From positions 1-61,469 of the IMG/VR virus record IMGVR_UViG_3300048838_000933: a stretch of DNA of 61,469 nucleotides; one strand, given 5' to 3'. Source of the DNA: a virus (Duplodnaviria; Caudoviricetes). The position numbers and the translations under genes were made by a program. Under the pieces are notes generated by a model. The model did not search any database and was not told where the DNA came from. It saw only the letters and a program-made list of their open reading frames with translations. Below are positions 25,127-35,251 of this stretch, piece after piece (the first letter of the stretch is position 1; each line of letters opens with the position of its first letter).

Positions 25127-25161
25127 CAGCACCCCCGGCCTACGTGCAGCCGGGGGTGCTG
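25127..25161 (+). terminator. Stem-loop terminator
   Basis: CAGCACCCCCGGC...GCCGGGGGTGCTG. Confidence 0.75.
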
Positions 25162-25184
25162 CGCGTCTGCGGTAATGTCCAGCC

Positions 25185-25772
25185 ATGCTCCCGAACAGCC
25201 AAGACTGCCTGCCCGGCCCGTTCGTCTGCTGCGACGTGCTGTTCACCGCCGGTGAGACCATCCTCAACGTCGCCCTCGACGCCATCAACAACGCCGACTG
25301 CTACCTCGACGAATGCCACGCCCCGAACATGGAAGGCATCGTCACGATCGGGCCCGCCTCCAACTATCCACACGCCGACCTGCTCACCGTGTCGATGGAA
25401 CGAATGAGGGCACGCCAAACCCAGATCGCCCAGGGCCGCACCCCGAACCCGAGCGCGCAGCTTTCGGTGTGGAACGTCGAGTTCATGGAGTCTGGCTGGA
25501 TCACCTTCGGCGAGGAAGGCGAGATTCCTGACCCGCAGTTCTTGCAGATGTTGGCGATGCACTCCTACGGCCACGCCGAGCAGATGTACCGCCGGCTCGT
25601 GAATGCCGTCGCCACCGGCACGATCGCCGAAGGCTGCAAGGGCGGTAACTGCGGAGCCTCCATCGGCGACCTGATCCCGATCGACCCTCGCGGCCACCTC
25701 GTCGGCTGGCGCACAACGGTCACTGTCCCCATCGACTTGAGCAAGGTGTGCGATGGTCCAACTCCGAGCTGA
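25185..25772 (+). CDS. Tail terminator-like structural protein
   Basis: Synteny; C-terminal PRGHLVGW. Confidence 0.55.
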   Translation: MLPNSQDCLPGPFVCCDVLFTAGETILNVALDAINNADCYLDECHAPNMEGIVTIGPASNYPHADLLTVSMERMRARQTQIAQGRTPNPSAQLSVWNVEFMESGWITFGEEGEIPDPQFLQMLAMHSYGHAEQMYRRLVNAVATGTIAEGCKGGNCGASIGDLIPIDPRGHLVGWRTTVTVPIDLSKVCDGPTPS

Positions 25773-26229
25773 CATCGCCAACACGGGCGCCTTCCAGCGC
25801 GTCGTCCGCGAACGTATGGCGCTCGCCACCCGCGCTCGCCTACAGGGAATCGGACGCGACATGGTGAACCGGGCCAACTCGAAGATGGCCGCCAACTTCG
25901 ACCTCAACCGTCCAGCCGACCGCCGCCGCCATCCGGGCTCACGCCGGGCGAAAGGGGCGCTGGACTTCCAGATCGACGGCTCCGACTTCCCGATCACCAT
26001 CCAGTACCGGGTGCTCGGCGGCGACACGGTGCGTGATCGGATCATCTTCATGAACTGGGGCACCAGCCGCCACGACATCACCCCGAGCGGGGCAGCGGGC
26101 GGGAACGGCAACGTGTTGGCATGGCAGGACGGCGACGGCTGGGTGTACGCCGACGCCGTGGACCACCCCGGCCAGCGCGCCGTCAACTTCCTCGAGGAAG
26201 CGATGCAGGAGGCGTTCGACAACCTCTGA
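25753..26229 (+). CDS. HK97 gp10-like neck protein
   Basis: WGTSRHDITP...VDHPG...FLEEAM. Confidence 0.7.
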   Translation: MVQLRADIANTGAFQRVVRERMALATRARLQGIGRDMVNRANSKMAANFDLNRPADRRRHPGSRRAKGALDFQIDGSDFPITIQYRVLGGDTVRDRIIFMNWGTSRHDITPSGAAGGNGNVLAWQDGDGWVYADAVDHPGQRAVNFLEEAMQEAFDNL

Positions 26230-26261
26230 GCACAGAGTGCTTCCCACGCGCCCGAATGCGT

Positions 26262-26274
26262 GGCATGATATGAC
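26262..26274. promoter_or_regulatory. Operator/-10 of tail chaperone gene
   Basis: GGCATGATATGAC; ATG at 26276. Confidence 0.65.
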
Positions 26275-26275
26275 G

Positions 26276-26662
26276 ATGCCAGCAGCACGCAAAGTCATCG
26301 ACATCGACGCACTCCTCTCCGAGCACCGCAGCAAGGTGCTCGCCGAGCGCAAGTACATCCCGGTCAAGCTGTTCGGGAGGGAGTGGCGCATCTCGAACCA
26401 GCTCAACAACTTCCTGGCGCTGCGCGCCGGCGAAGGGGACGTTGAAGCCTTCACCCAGTTCCTGCTGAACTGCACCCACGAAGACGAACGACACGACTTC
26501 CGCACCGCGCTGTACGAGGCCGACGTCATGGACCCCGAGGGGCTGCTGCTGGTCATCAACCACCTGATGGAAGCAGTCGCAGGAAACCCTACGAAGTCGT
26601 CTTCCGGTTCCTCTCCTTCGGGGCGGACCCAGGTCGCCAAGCCGAAGTCCGCGGCCACCTGA
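26276..26662 (+). CDS. Tail assembly chaperone (G)
   Basis: Before tape measure; ends GNPT + Ser-rich tail. Confidence 0.8.
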   Translation: MPAARKVIDIDALLSEHRSKVLAERKYIPVKLFGREWRISNQLNNFLALRAGEGDVEAFTQFLLNCTHEDERHDFRTALYEADVMDPEGLLLVINHLMEAVAGNPTKSSSGSSPSGRTQVAKPKSAAT

Positions 26663-26961
26663 TCCGTGCGGGGCACGACCCCGCAGAGGTCTCCATCTCC
26701 GAATGGATCGACGTCGTCTGGTCGCTGATCCTCGAGGAAGGGCGTGGCGGGTTCATGGACTCGGGCAAGTACCGCAAGATCATGACCGATCTGTTCTTCC
26801 ACGGCGAAGTCCCGCCCGACGAGCCCGAGGAGAAAGGACCCCGTCCCAAGAAGGGGACGAAGACCGTCAAGCGTGCGCCCCGTCCGCCGAAGATGTCGAA
26901 GCTGGATGAGCTACGGGCCTTCAATCAGGCAATCGCGGCACGGAATGCGCCCGCCGAGTAG
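26584..26961 (+). CDS. Tail assembly chaperone -1 frameshift extension (GT)
   Basis: Slippery A AAC CCT at 26584-26590; -1 frame open PYEVVFRF... to 26961. Confidence 0.75.
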   Translation, partial: KPYEVVFRFLSFGADPGRQAEVRGHLIRAGHDPAEVSISEWIDVVWSLILEEGRGGFMDSGKYRKIMTDLFFHGEVPPDEPEEKGPRPKKGTKTVKRAPRPPKMSKLDELRAFNQAIAARNAPAE

Positions 26962-26973
26962 CCTCACCCAACG

Positions 26974-29900
26974 ATGGCCGACTTCGACTTCCAGGCTGGC
27001 GTCAAGTCAGACGGCTCCGAAGATCAGCTCGCCGCGTCCATCGCCAACGCTATCGACGCCGCCTTCAAGAAGCTGGGCCCCCGACTCGCCAAGGAGTTCG
27101 GCAACTCGTTCAAGCAGGCGTTCCGTCAGGCCTCCGGGGCAGACGACATCTTCGACGGGGCACGCCGTGGCGCCGAGGAGTTCTCCGACACCGTCCGCTC
27201 ACTGAGCGACCGCCTCGAATCGCTGGCTCGGGCCGGGGCAGCCCAGCGCAAAGCATTCGGGGAAGGATTCGACCCAAACACGCTCGACTCCTTCGAATCC
27301 TCCCTCAAGGACATCATCGAGCTGCAGGACGAGATTCGCCGGCGCGGCGGCGACCCGGGGTTGGAAGCCGAGTTCCGCAACCGCACCAACCTGATCCGCT
27401 CCGAGCTGACCGCAACCCGCACCGCCGCCCAGCAGGCCACACTCGCCAGCCGGGAGGCTCTGAATGCCCAGGCCCGCGACGCCAACCAGGTGTCCCGTGA
27501 ACGGATCGCCAACAAGCGCGCCGAGACCGCCCGCTTCGTCACCGAGACGCAGACGTCAGCGGCACGCGAACTCGCGATCATCCGCTCCAACGCTCAGGAG
27601 TCCGTCGCTCTCACCCAGGCCGCAGCGAAGCGCCGAGCCGCCACCTTCCAGCTCGTCGCCACCGCCGTCCGCTCCTCCGAGCGCGCCATCCGAGCCACAT
27701 TTGAGAACACGGCCCGAGTTGCTTCGGCCGCCCTGAACGGCATCACCCGCACTGCGTCGGCGGTCGCGTCCGGTCTCGGGAACGCATTCCGCAGCGCCAA
27801 CCGTTCGACGGTCAACAACTTCAACAGCGCCAACAGTCAGATCACCAACTCGTACAACCGGTCCTGGCGCCGCAACACCGACATCGTCAACAACGAACTG
27901 ACCCGACAGGAAGGTCGTGTCCGACAGTTCGCTCGCGAAGCAACCGAGGAAGTCTCGTCGATCGGTGTCGGACGCCTCGCCGGATTCGCAGCTCTCGGCG
28001 CGCTCGCCGGTCGCGCCCTGACCTCCGGCTTCCAGCGGGCCGCCACCCTCGAAGACTCAGAGCGGGCCCTCACCGCGCTGCTCGGCTCGGTGGAGCAAGC
28101 CCAGGAACTCCGCCAGCGTGTCCTCGACGTCGTCACCGGCACCCCGTTCGCCCTCGACCAGTTCGCCAACGCCGCCACCCAGCTCGTCGCATTCAACGTC
28201 GAAGCCGAGAAGGTGCCGCGCATCCTCCAGGCCGTCGGCGACGCCGCAGCCGTACGTGGCGGCGACGCAGCGCAAACCATCGAACGCCTCGTGCGAGTGT
28301 TCGGACAGATTCAGTCGTCGGGCCGCCTCACCGGCGAAGACCTCAACCAGCTCGCCGAAGCCGGAGTCCCGGCGCTGCAGATCCTCGCCAACGGGTTCGG
28401 TGAACTCACCGGCGACATGCGCGACCTCATCTCCGACGGTGCTGTCCCTGCCGAGCGGGCGCTCCAGCTCCTCACCGATGGCATCCTCGAAGGTTCCGAC
28501 GGCGTCAACGGCGCGACGGCAGCGTTCGGAGGGCTTGCCAAGGAACTCGGCACCACACTGCGCGGCTCGATCGGGAACTTCAACGCCGCCTTCGCCCGAC
28601 TCGGCGCCACCGTCATCACCAAGTTCCAACCCCTGCTGGTCAACATCGTCCGCTCCGGTACCGAAGCCGTTGACGTGCTCGCCTCGGCGTTCGCTTCGCT
28701 CGGTGACGCCGTCATCGCATCGCCCGTGTTTCGCATCGTCGGCTCAGCGTTCGAGCGCCTCGGCTCCCAGGTGGAGACAGCCGGGGAGAAACTCAAGCCG
28801 GTCTTCGACTTCCTCGCCGAAGGTCTCGTAGCGTTCGGCACCGCCGCCGGTGCGGTCGCCGGTATCCGCCGCCTGCCGCTGCTCATCAACGCCATCACCT
28901 TCGCGATCAGCCGACTGCTGACGCCGATCAACGTCCTCGTCGGTGCGGGAATCCTCGTCTCGGGCTTCATCTCCCGGCTGGTTCGCGACAACCCGACGCT
29001 CGCCTCATCGCTCAGCGCCCTCGGCGACTCGTTCGGTCGCATCGCCACCATCGTCGGCGACCTCGCATCCGACGTGTTCGGCACCCTCGCCGAAGTGCTC
29101 GACACGGTGGTCACGCCCGCCATCGGGTTCCTCGGCGACAAGATCGTCGAGATCGTGGTCCCCGCGCTCGAGCGGTTCAACGCGTTTCTCGTGGGCAGCG
29201 TCATCCCGGTGGTGCGCAACTTCGCCCGCTTCGTACGGTCTGAAGTCGTCCCGGTCGTCGGTGACGTGCTGTCGCGTGCCGTTGAGATCGGGCGCGACGC
29301 CTTTGAGGACATCTCGGACTTCATCCGCGACGAAGTCGTCCCGGTGGTCGGCCCGATCCTGCGCCGGGCGATCGACCTCGGGCGCGGAGCCTTCGAGCGG
29401 TTCTACGACTTCCTGTCCGGCACGCTGGTGCCATTCATCCGCAACAACCTGACCCCGGTCCTTGCCGGGCTCGGTGCAGCGCTCGGCGTACTCACCCTCA
29501 CCGGTGGCAACATCCCGCTCGCCGGTCTCGTTGGCGCCGGGGCGGGCATCGCCGCCGTCTTGACCAACGACGATCTGCGCACCCGCATCTCGGACTTCTT
29601 CGAGGAGGTCGTCGAGGACATTCGCGAGAAGTTCAGCAACATCTTCAACGCCCGCACACTCACCGATGTCACCGTCGCCGTGGCTCGGGTCGCCCGCACC
29701 ATCGGCCGGGTGCTGGCCGATGCCCTCAGCGATCGTCGCCTCCTCACTGCTGTGGCTGGTGTCGCCGCTGCTGCAGCCGCTGTCGCTGGAGCGTTCGTCG
29801 TCGGCTTCGGTGAAGGCCTCATCAACAATATCCCCGAGCTGGCTGACCTGCTCGGCGACGCCTTCGTGGCAGCCCTCAAGGCCATCGCCTCCGACGCTCG

Positions 29901-32900
29901 GATCGCCACCGCCGTCGCGGCAGCCCTGTTCGGCGCAGCGGTCGTCGCGAAGCTGGCTCTCGCTGCCCGTCAGACCGGGGCCGTGCTAGCCCAGGCGCTG
30001 TCCCAGGGAGCGGTCACTGCTGGCACCCAGGGCACCGGGGGTGGGGCCGGCGGCCTACTCAATGGCCTGCTGGGCGGACCAAGCGCGATTCGCGCCTCCG
30101 CAGCCCAGGCGGGCCAGCAGTACGGAGAGACCCTCACCCGAGCCATCCGCAACGAGGTGCGCGTCATCCAAAGGCTGGGGGGGAACCTCCCGGCCGACGC
30201 CCTCGGTCTGGGTCGGGTGGCCGGCGAGTCATTCGCTGACCAGAACCAACGCCTGTCCCGCACACTTCAAGAAGTCACCAGGGAAACGGGTCGCCTTGGA
30301 TCAGAGCTGGGGACGGCGGCTGTTAGCGGGGTGAGGCTGCGCGAGGGGCTCGGGCAGATCACCTCCGGCAACATCCGCCAGGGGTTCCAGCAACTGGGTA
30401 CGGCCATCCGGGAGTCAGGGCGAGAGATCGCGACCGGGGCGGGCATCGTCGCCGGCGGGGCGTTCGCAGCGTCCTTCATCGCTCAAGCCATCTTCGACGT
30501 CAACGCCTCCGGGTCGGACCGCCTGCAAGCTGGATTCGGACTGCTGGCGACATCCGTTGCCACCGGCGCATCCATCGGCGGCGGGGCTGGAGCTGCCGCT
30601 GGAGCGGCCGTAGGCGCCTTCGGCTTGGTTACCTCCGCGCTGCGATCCAACAGCGAGGCAGCAGAGGAAGCCCGTCAGCGGATCGACGACTACGCGCAGG
30701 CCATTCGTGACGCATCGAAGGAGGAGCTGCCGGACCTGTTCGCCGACACGGCCGAGTCCTCGGCGTTGGAGAACTTCTCCAGCAACGCCAAGCGGGCCCT
30801 CGCCGACATCGGGTTCAGCTTTGAGGAGTTCGGCCAAGCCATCGCCGAGGGGAACCTCGAGGAGCAGTTCGGAACACTCGAAGGCAGCGCTCTCTCCACG
30901 GCCTCCGCCGTCGCATCGTTCAGCCGAGGATTCGACCTCTCCGGCGCCACGTTCGGACTGAGGGAGCTGGCCGCCCTCAACCTGGGCGAACTCAGGACCA
31001 GCCTCATCGCTTCGGGCGCCTCCGCCGTCGTTGTCGACGAAATTCTGGCCGGCCTTCAAGCGACGGCCAGCCAGCTCGGAGCAGCCCAGGCGCGGGCCGC
31101 CGACGACATCAACCTTCTCGGAGCCGCAGGCGACCGCGCCGGTCGGGGGATGCAGTTCCTGCGCGATCAAACAGCGCTCACCGAAGGCGCCACAGGTGTC
31201 GCCGAGTCGGCCACCCAGGCGTACAAGGACAAGCTGGAGGAGCTGAACGACGTCCGCATCCAAGGGCTCGAAGATCAGGTCAACCGCTCCAAGAGCGCGC
31301 TGGACGCCGCCCGTGACGCCGCCGGTGAAGCGCTGTCTGCGTTGGAGAACTTCCTCAGCGGAGGTGACGCCCAGGCGAGCGGCAGCGTTGTCGACCAGGC
31401 CGTCGTGGACGTCGCCGGGCTCGCAAGAGACATCACCGGACTGGGGACGGTCGCAGAAGGTGCTGGCGCCGAAGTCCAGGCAAAGTTCAACCTCGCATTC
31501 GCCGAGGTTCGCACGAACGCCGCCGAAGTCCTCGCCCAAGGCATCTCCGACGGCACGGTCACGGATCAGGCCACCGCCGAAGCTGCGCTCGCACCGTTGA
31601 TCGCCGCCGCCGCCGAGACTGGTACGGCTGGTGGTGAAGCAGCACTTGCAGCGATCAATGAGGTCCTGGCCGGGTTCACCGGGCAGGAAGGCCAAAGCCT
31701 GCTCAGCGACATCTTCGACGCCAACGCGTTCCTGGAAGACGCCCAGACCCAGTTGACCGCAGCCAACGCCCGACTCAAGGTGGGACTCGAAGCCGACCCA
31801 GAGACGTTCGCCGGCTTCGAGGAGCAGGCCCGGGCAGCGTTCGTGACCGCTGGCGAGGAGTCCGCCGCCGGGTACGTGGAGGGCCTCGATTCCGAATCCA
31901 TGAAGACCGCCGCCACAGAGGCGGTCGCCGAAGCGCTCGCTGCGGCCAAGACCGAACTGGGCATCTCGTCGCCGTCCACCGCTTTCGCAGAGATCGGCCG
32001 GTTCTCCGCCCAAGGGTTCATCAACGGTGTCAAGAGCCTGCAACCCCAGGTATTCAACGCGGCACGCGACGTCGGCCGGTTCGCGATGCTCGGCTTCCAG
32101 TCCGGCATCGTCCAAGGAACCTCGGCTGTCCTGGCTGCGGCGCGAGGGGTGGCGGACCGTGCCGCCCAGGTCATGCGTGACGCCCTGGAGGTTGAGTCGC
32201 CGTCGCGGGTTACCCGGGAGATCGGCGAGTTCTTCGGTGAAGGCTTCGCCGACGGTATCGATGCGGGAGCAGCCAGCGCCACCGCCGCTGCGGTGCGTGT
32301 CGCCAACGCGGCGCTCGCCCCCTTGAACGAGGCTGGACGCAACGCGATCCGCGAGATCGGACGCGGGTTCGCCGAGGAGGGCTCGTCGTTCGCTGGTTCG
32401 GTGAGGGGCGTGCTCGATGATGCACTACGCGACGCCGAGTTCAAGCTCGACCAGTTCAAGTCGATCGGCCGCCAGATCGGCTCCGCCCTGTTCAGCCAGC
32501 TTCCCGGCTCCATCGGCGGGGCACCCGGAGCCGTCGATCTTGAGCGCGCATTCCTGGACATCCTCGGCAACACCGGTGGGTTCCAGGAGGCCCTCAAGAA
32601 GCAGACCGACCAGTTCGGCTTCTACGGCCTCACCTTTGATCGTCAGTTCGCCGTCGGGCGCGAGAACCGTACAGCGTTTCTCGAGGCCGGGCAGAACATC
32701 CGCGACTACGCACAGACGCTGATCGACGGCGGCCGTTCAGCGGCGTCCGCCGTGGGTGAGGCGAAGGTGTACCGGGACCAGTTGCTGGCGGTGGCGAAGG
32801 CGACCGGCCAGCCCGTGGCGATCTTCGAGGAGATGATCCGCCAGCTCGGGCTGTCTGATGATCAGCTCAACGCGTTCGTCGCCAATGTGGAGAAGACCAC

Positions 32901-33213
32901 CAAGGCCGCCAGTGCAGCCACCGATGCCGAGAGGGTGCGCATCCAGGCGGAGAATGATCGTCGAGCCGCAGAGGAGCGGGCGGAGGAGGCCGCACGGGCC
33001 GCCGAGGAGCGAGCAGAGAAGGCCGAGCGCGACGCCGAGCAGCGCCGACGCGAAGACGAGGATCGCCGGCGCGAGGCCGATGAGCGCGCCCGTCGCGAGT
33101 TCACGCTGCCGGGCCCGGCGTTCCGTGACCTGATCTTGCAGACCCCGACGTCGGACCCGGAGGCCGTGGCGTTGTACGTTGCTAATCAGGTTGCCATGCA
33201 GGTGAGAAGGTAG
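26974..33213 (+). CDS. Tape measure protein (2079 aa)
   Basis: Ala/Gly-rich helical; TPFALDQ, GEDLNQL tape-measure domain; LGISSPS motifs. Confidence 0.95.
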   Translation: MADFDFQAGVKSDGSEDQLAASIANAIDAAFKKLGPRLAKEFGNSFKQAFRQASGADDIFDGARRGAEEFSDTVRSLSDRLESLARAGAAQRKAFGEGFDPNTLDSFESSLKDIIELQDEIRRRGGDPGLEAEFRNRTNLIRSELTATRTAAQQATLASREALNAQARDANQVSRERIANKRAETARFVTETQTSAARELAIIRSNAQESVALTQAAAKRRAATFQLVATAVRSSERAIRATFENTARVASAALNGITRTASAVASGLGNAFRSANRSTVNNFNSANSQITNSYNRSWRRNTDIVNNELTRQEGRVRQFAREATEEVSSIGVGRLAGFAALGALAGRALTSGFQRAATLEDSERALTALLGSVEQAQELRQRVLDVVTGTPFALDQFANAATQLVAFNVEAEKVPRILQAVGDAAAVRGGDAAQTIERLVRVFGQIQSSGRLTGEDLNQLAEAGVPALQILANGFGELTGDMRDLISDGAVPAERALQLLTDGILEGSDGVNGATAAFGGLAKELGTTLRGSIGNFNAAFARLGATVITKFQPLLVNIVRSGTEAVDVLASAFASLGDAVIASPVFRIVGSAFERLGSQVETAGEKLKPVFDFLAEGLVAFGTAAGAVAGIRRLPLLINAITFAISRLLTPINVLVGAGILVSGFISRLVRDNPTLASSLSALGDSFGRIATIVGDLASDVFGTLAEVLDTVVTPAIGFLGDKIVEIVVPALERFNAFLVGSVIPVVRNFARFVRSEVVPVVGDVLSRAVEIGRDAFEDISDFIRDEVVPVVGPILRRAIDLGRGAFERFYDFLSGTLVPFIRNNLTPVLAGLGAALGVLTLTGGNIPLAGLVGAGAGIAAVLTNDDLRTRISDFFEEVVEDIREKFSNIFNARTLTDVTVAVARVARTIGRVLADALSDRRLLTAVAGVAAAAAAVAGAFVVGFGEGLINNIPELADLLGDAFVAALKAIASDARIATAVAAALFGAAVVAKLALAARQTGAVLAQALSQGAVTAGTQGTGGGAGGLLNGLLGGPSAIRASAAQAGQQYGETLTRAIRNEVRVIQRLGGNLPADALGLGRVAGESFADQNQRLSRTLQEVTRETGRLGSELGTAAVSGVRLREGLGQITSGNIRQGFQQLGTAIRESGREIATGAGIVAGGAFAASFIAQAIFDVNASGSDRLQAGFGLLATSVATGASIGGGAGAAAGAAVGAFGLVTSALRSNSEAAEEARQRIDDYAQAIRDASKEELPDLFADTAESSALENFSSNAKRALADIGFSFEEFGQAIAEGNLEEQFGTLEGSALSTASAVASFSRGFDLSGATFGLRELAALNLGELRTSLIASGASAVVVDEILAGLQATASQLGAAQARAADDINLLGAAGDRAGRGMQFLRDQTALTEGATGVAESATQAYKDKLEELNDVRIQGLEDQVNRSKSALDAARDAAGEALSALENFLSGGDAQASGSVVDQAVVDVAGLARDITGLGTVAEGAGAEVQAKFNLAFAEVRTNAAEVLAQGISDGTVTDQATAEAALAPLIAAAAETGTAGGEAALAAINEVLAGFTGQEGQSLLSDIFDANAFLEDAQTQLTAANARLKVGLEADPETFAGFEEQARAAFVTAGEESAAGYVEGLDSESMKTAATEAVAEALAAAKTELGISSPSTAFAEIGRFSAQGFINGVKSLQPQVFNAARDVGRFAMLGFQSGIVQGTSAVLAAARGVADRAAQVMRDALEVESPSRVTREIGEFFGEGFADGIDAGAASATAAAVRVANAALAPLNEAGRNAIREIGRGFAEEGSSFAGSVRGVLDDALRDAEFKLDQFKSIGRQIGSALFSQLPGSIGGAPGAVDLERAFLDILGNTGGFQEALKKQTDQFGFYGLTFDRQFAVGRENRTAFLEAGQNIRDYAQTLIDGGRSAASAVGEAKVYRDQLLAVAKATGQPVAIFEEMIRQLGLSDDQLNAFVANVEKTTKAASAATDAERVRIQAENDRRAAEERAEEAARAAEERAEKAERDAEQRRREDEDRRREADERARREFTLPGPAFRDLILQTPTSDPEAVALYVANQVAMQVRR

Positions 33214-33237
33214 GGAACATGTATTTCCATAAAGGAC

Positions 33238-33909
33238 TCATCTCGGTTGCTGCCGCGCCTCCCGCCGCTCCTTCGTCGCCCTTTGCGCCGCCGGGGTCTG
33301 CGACGGCCAAATTTTCCGGCAGGCCTTACATGACCTCGTCGTCGTCCCAGGTCTGGTGTAAGTGTTTTGCTCGTCAAAGGGGTGGCCGTTCTTGCAGTGA
33401 GTCTTGCGCAGATTGACCCCGGCTGGAGAGTTGGAATGGGGGGCTCGGCCGTTATCGCCCTGGGTGACGCAACGCAAATGCTCAACGTTGCAGCAAGACG
33501 GGTTGTTGCAGATGTGGTCCACAACGAGTCCATAGGGGATTGGTCCATGGGCCTGCTCCCACACCCAGCGATGAGGTCGGATGTATTGGCCGTTCAGCTT
33601 GAACCAGCCATACCCCTTCACGCGAGTCCCGGTCCACTCGATGCACCCGCCGCCGACCCTTTGCAGACGACCCGCAATCACGTCGGCTACGTTGTCCGCA
33701 TGGTGTCGAGGAGCGATACACAACCGGACCCCGCAAAGGCTCACCAGGTTGCGAATCAATGGCGGCCGTCCGTGGTGCCGCTCAAAGAGCAGCCGAGCCG
33801 GACTCTTGGACTTCCAGCAGGGTTGACCGGAAATCCGCACGGGCCCATCCCAGATGAGGCAGTCGCCTTCCTGGTGCGTAAGTTCGGCCGGGACGTAGGG
33901 TGAAGTCAT
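33238..33909 (-). CDS. Free-standing HNH homing endonuclease
   Basis: CIEWTG...HRWVW...DHICNNPSCCNVEHL...N; THCKNGH...CKAC; degenerate N-terminal repeat; lower GC. Confidence 0.9.
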   Translation of the reverse strand: MTSPYVPAELTHQEGDCLIWDGPVRISGQPCWKSKSPARLLFERHHGRPPLIRNLVSLCGVRLCIAPRHHADNVADVIAGRLQRVGGGCIEWTGTRVKGYGWFKLNGQYIRPHRWVWEQAHGPIPYGLVVDHICNNPSCCNVEHLRCVTQGDNGRAPHSNSPAGVNLRKTHCKNGHPFDEQNTYTRPGTTTRSCKACRKIWPSQTPAAQRATKERREARQQPR

Positions 33910-33910
33910 T

Positions 33911-35251
33911 GTGGTAAGTTACCATCAGGGGTGGTGCTACGTCGAAGACAACGACGGGCCGTGGCGCGAACTGTTCAACCACGCCCGCACCGCCGCCTAC
34001 CTCTCCAACTCCTCAACACTCGGATGCGGCCGCATCTACAACGTGCTCGAGGACGGAGGCTGCGAGGCATACCGATGGGCGCCCATCGCCGACGTGCTCA
34101 TCGACTCCGACGGCCTGCCGCTGTACGACGAGGGGTCCGAGGAATGGCTCATCGAAGGCGACGGCACCTCGCCGGTCGGATGGCTACGTCAGACGTTCGT
34201 CGACCCGATCAACGACCCGGCCCCCTGGTACAACCCGTCCTTCCCTGAATCCGGTCAGGCGCTCGGGTTCTGGATCACCGAATGGACCGGACTCGACTCG
34301 GGTGTCACTCAACGGCAGATGTCGGCTCGCGGCAACTACGGCGGCGGCGGGGTGTTCAGCGCCCTTGGCTCAACCGGACGCGAGATGGGCTTCGAAGTGA
34401 TCCTGCTCGGCGAATCCGAGGCCGCCCTCGACTACCTATACCGCTGGTTGGACTCAACGCTGTCGTCGGTGTGCTCCACCTGCTCGGCCGACACGATCGC
34501 GATCCGGCGCATCTGCCCGGACGTCGACTCCAGCGACCCCGACTCGGTCACCGACGGCGTCGTCGAAATGCGCAAGGTCGGCCTCGTCCAAGGCATGACG
34601 TGGGCGACCCCGCCGATCGAACGCGAGGGCTGCTACATCCGTTCGGTGAACTTCACGCTCGGCGCAATGGACCCGTGCATGTACGGCTTCTGCACCGACG
34701 TCGAGGTGACGCAGCCGATGAACTGGGACTACTGCTTCGCGGCGGCCAACTTGAGCGTCGACCGTGGCGAGTGTCGCCCGTCCTGCTCGGAGATACCCGA
34801 GGATTGCCGTCTCGTGTTCAACTACTCCGTCGATAACCCGTCCGCGGTCGCCCCGATCATCCATGTCGTCGCGCCGACGGACGCCGCCGGCTCTATCCCG
34901 ATGCGCATCCGCACCTACCGCAACCCGCTGGGGTTGCTGCCCGATCAACTGTGCGGCGCCCCGCTCGTCGGCGAGCTGTACCTGACGGACCTGCCGCCGT
35001 ACACCGAGATTCGCTACGACGTCGCCGGTCGCACCGTGCAGTACCGGTCGGCGGGCACCGGCGGGTTCATCGACGGGTTCGGCTTCGTCCAACCCAACGA
35101 GCCCGGCGTGCCGCGCTTCTTCTCGATGGGCTGCGACGACTACACGACGATCGTCGAGCCCGCTGACTTCTGCTACGACACGGCACCCGATTCGCTGCGT
35201 GAATACTCCGATGTCACCCTCCAGACCCAGACTCGGATGAACTGCGTCTGA
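33911..35251 (+). CDS. Minor tail protein (distal tail-like)
   Basis: First tail gene after tape measure. Confidence 0.7.
   Translation: MVSYHQGWCYVEDNDGPWRELFNHARTAAYLSNSSTLGCGRIYNVLEDGGCEAYRWAPIADVLIDSDGLPLYDEGSEEWLIEGDGTSPVGWLRQTFVDPINDPAPWYNPSFPESGQALGFWITEWTGLDSGVTQRQMSARGNYGGGGVFSALGSTGREMGFEVILLGESEAALDYLYRWLDSTLSSVCSTCSADTIAIRRICPDVDSSDPDSVTDGVVEMRKVGLVQGMTWATPPIEREGCYIRSVNFTLGAMDPCMYGFCTDVEVTQPMNWDYCFAAANLSVDRGECRPSCSEIPEDCRLVFNYSVDNPSAVAPIIHVVAPTDAAGSIPMRIRTYRNPLGLLPDQLCGAPLVGELYLTDLPPYTEIRYDVAGRTVQYRSAGTGGFIDGFGFVQPNEPGVPRFFSMGCDDYTTIVEPADFCYDTAPDSLREYSDVTLQTQTRMNCV

Noticed and set aside
30415-32115. 566-aa minus-strand ORF
   Set aside because: Antisense shadow of the tape measure gene
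33238-33909. Group I intron carrying the HNH
   Set aside because: No room for a ribozyme core; the ORF fills the insertion and is antisense
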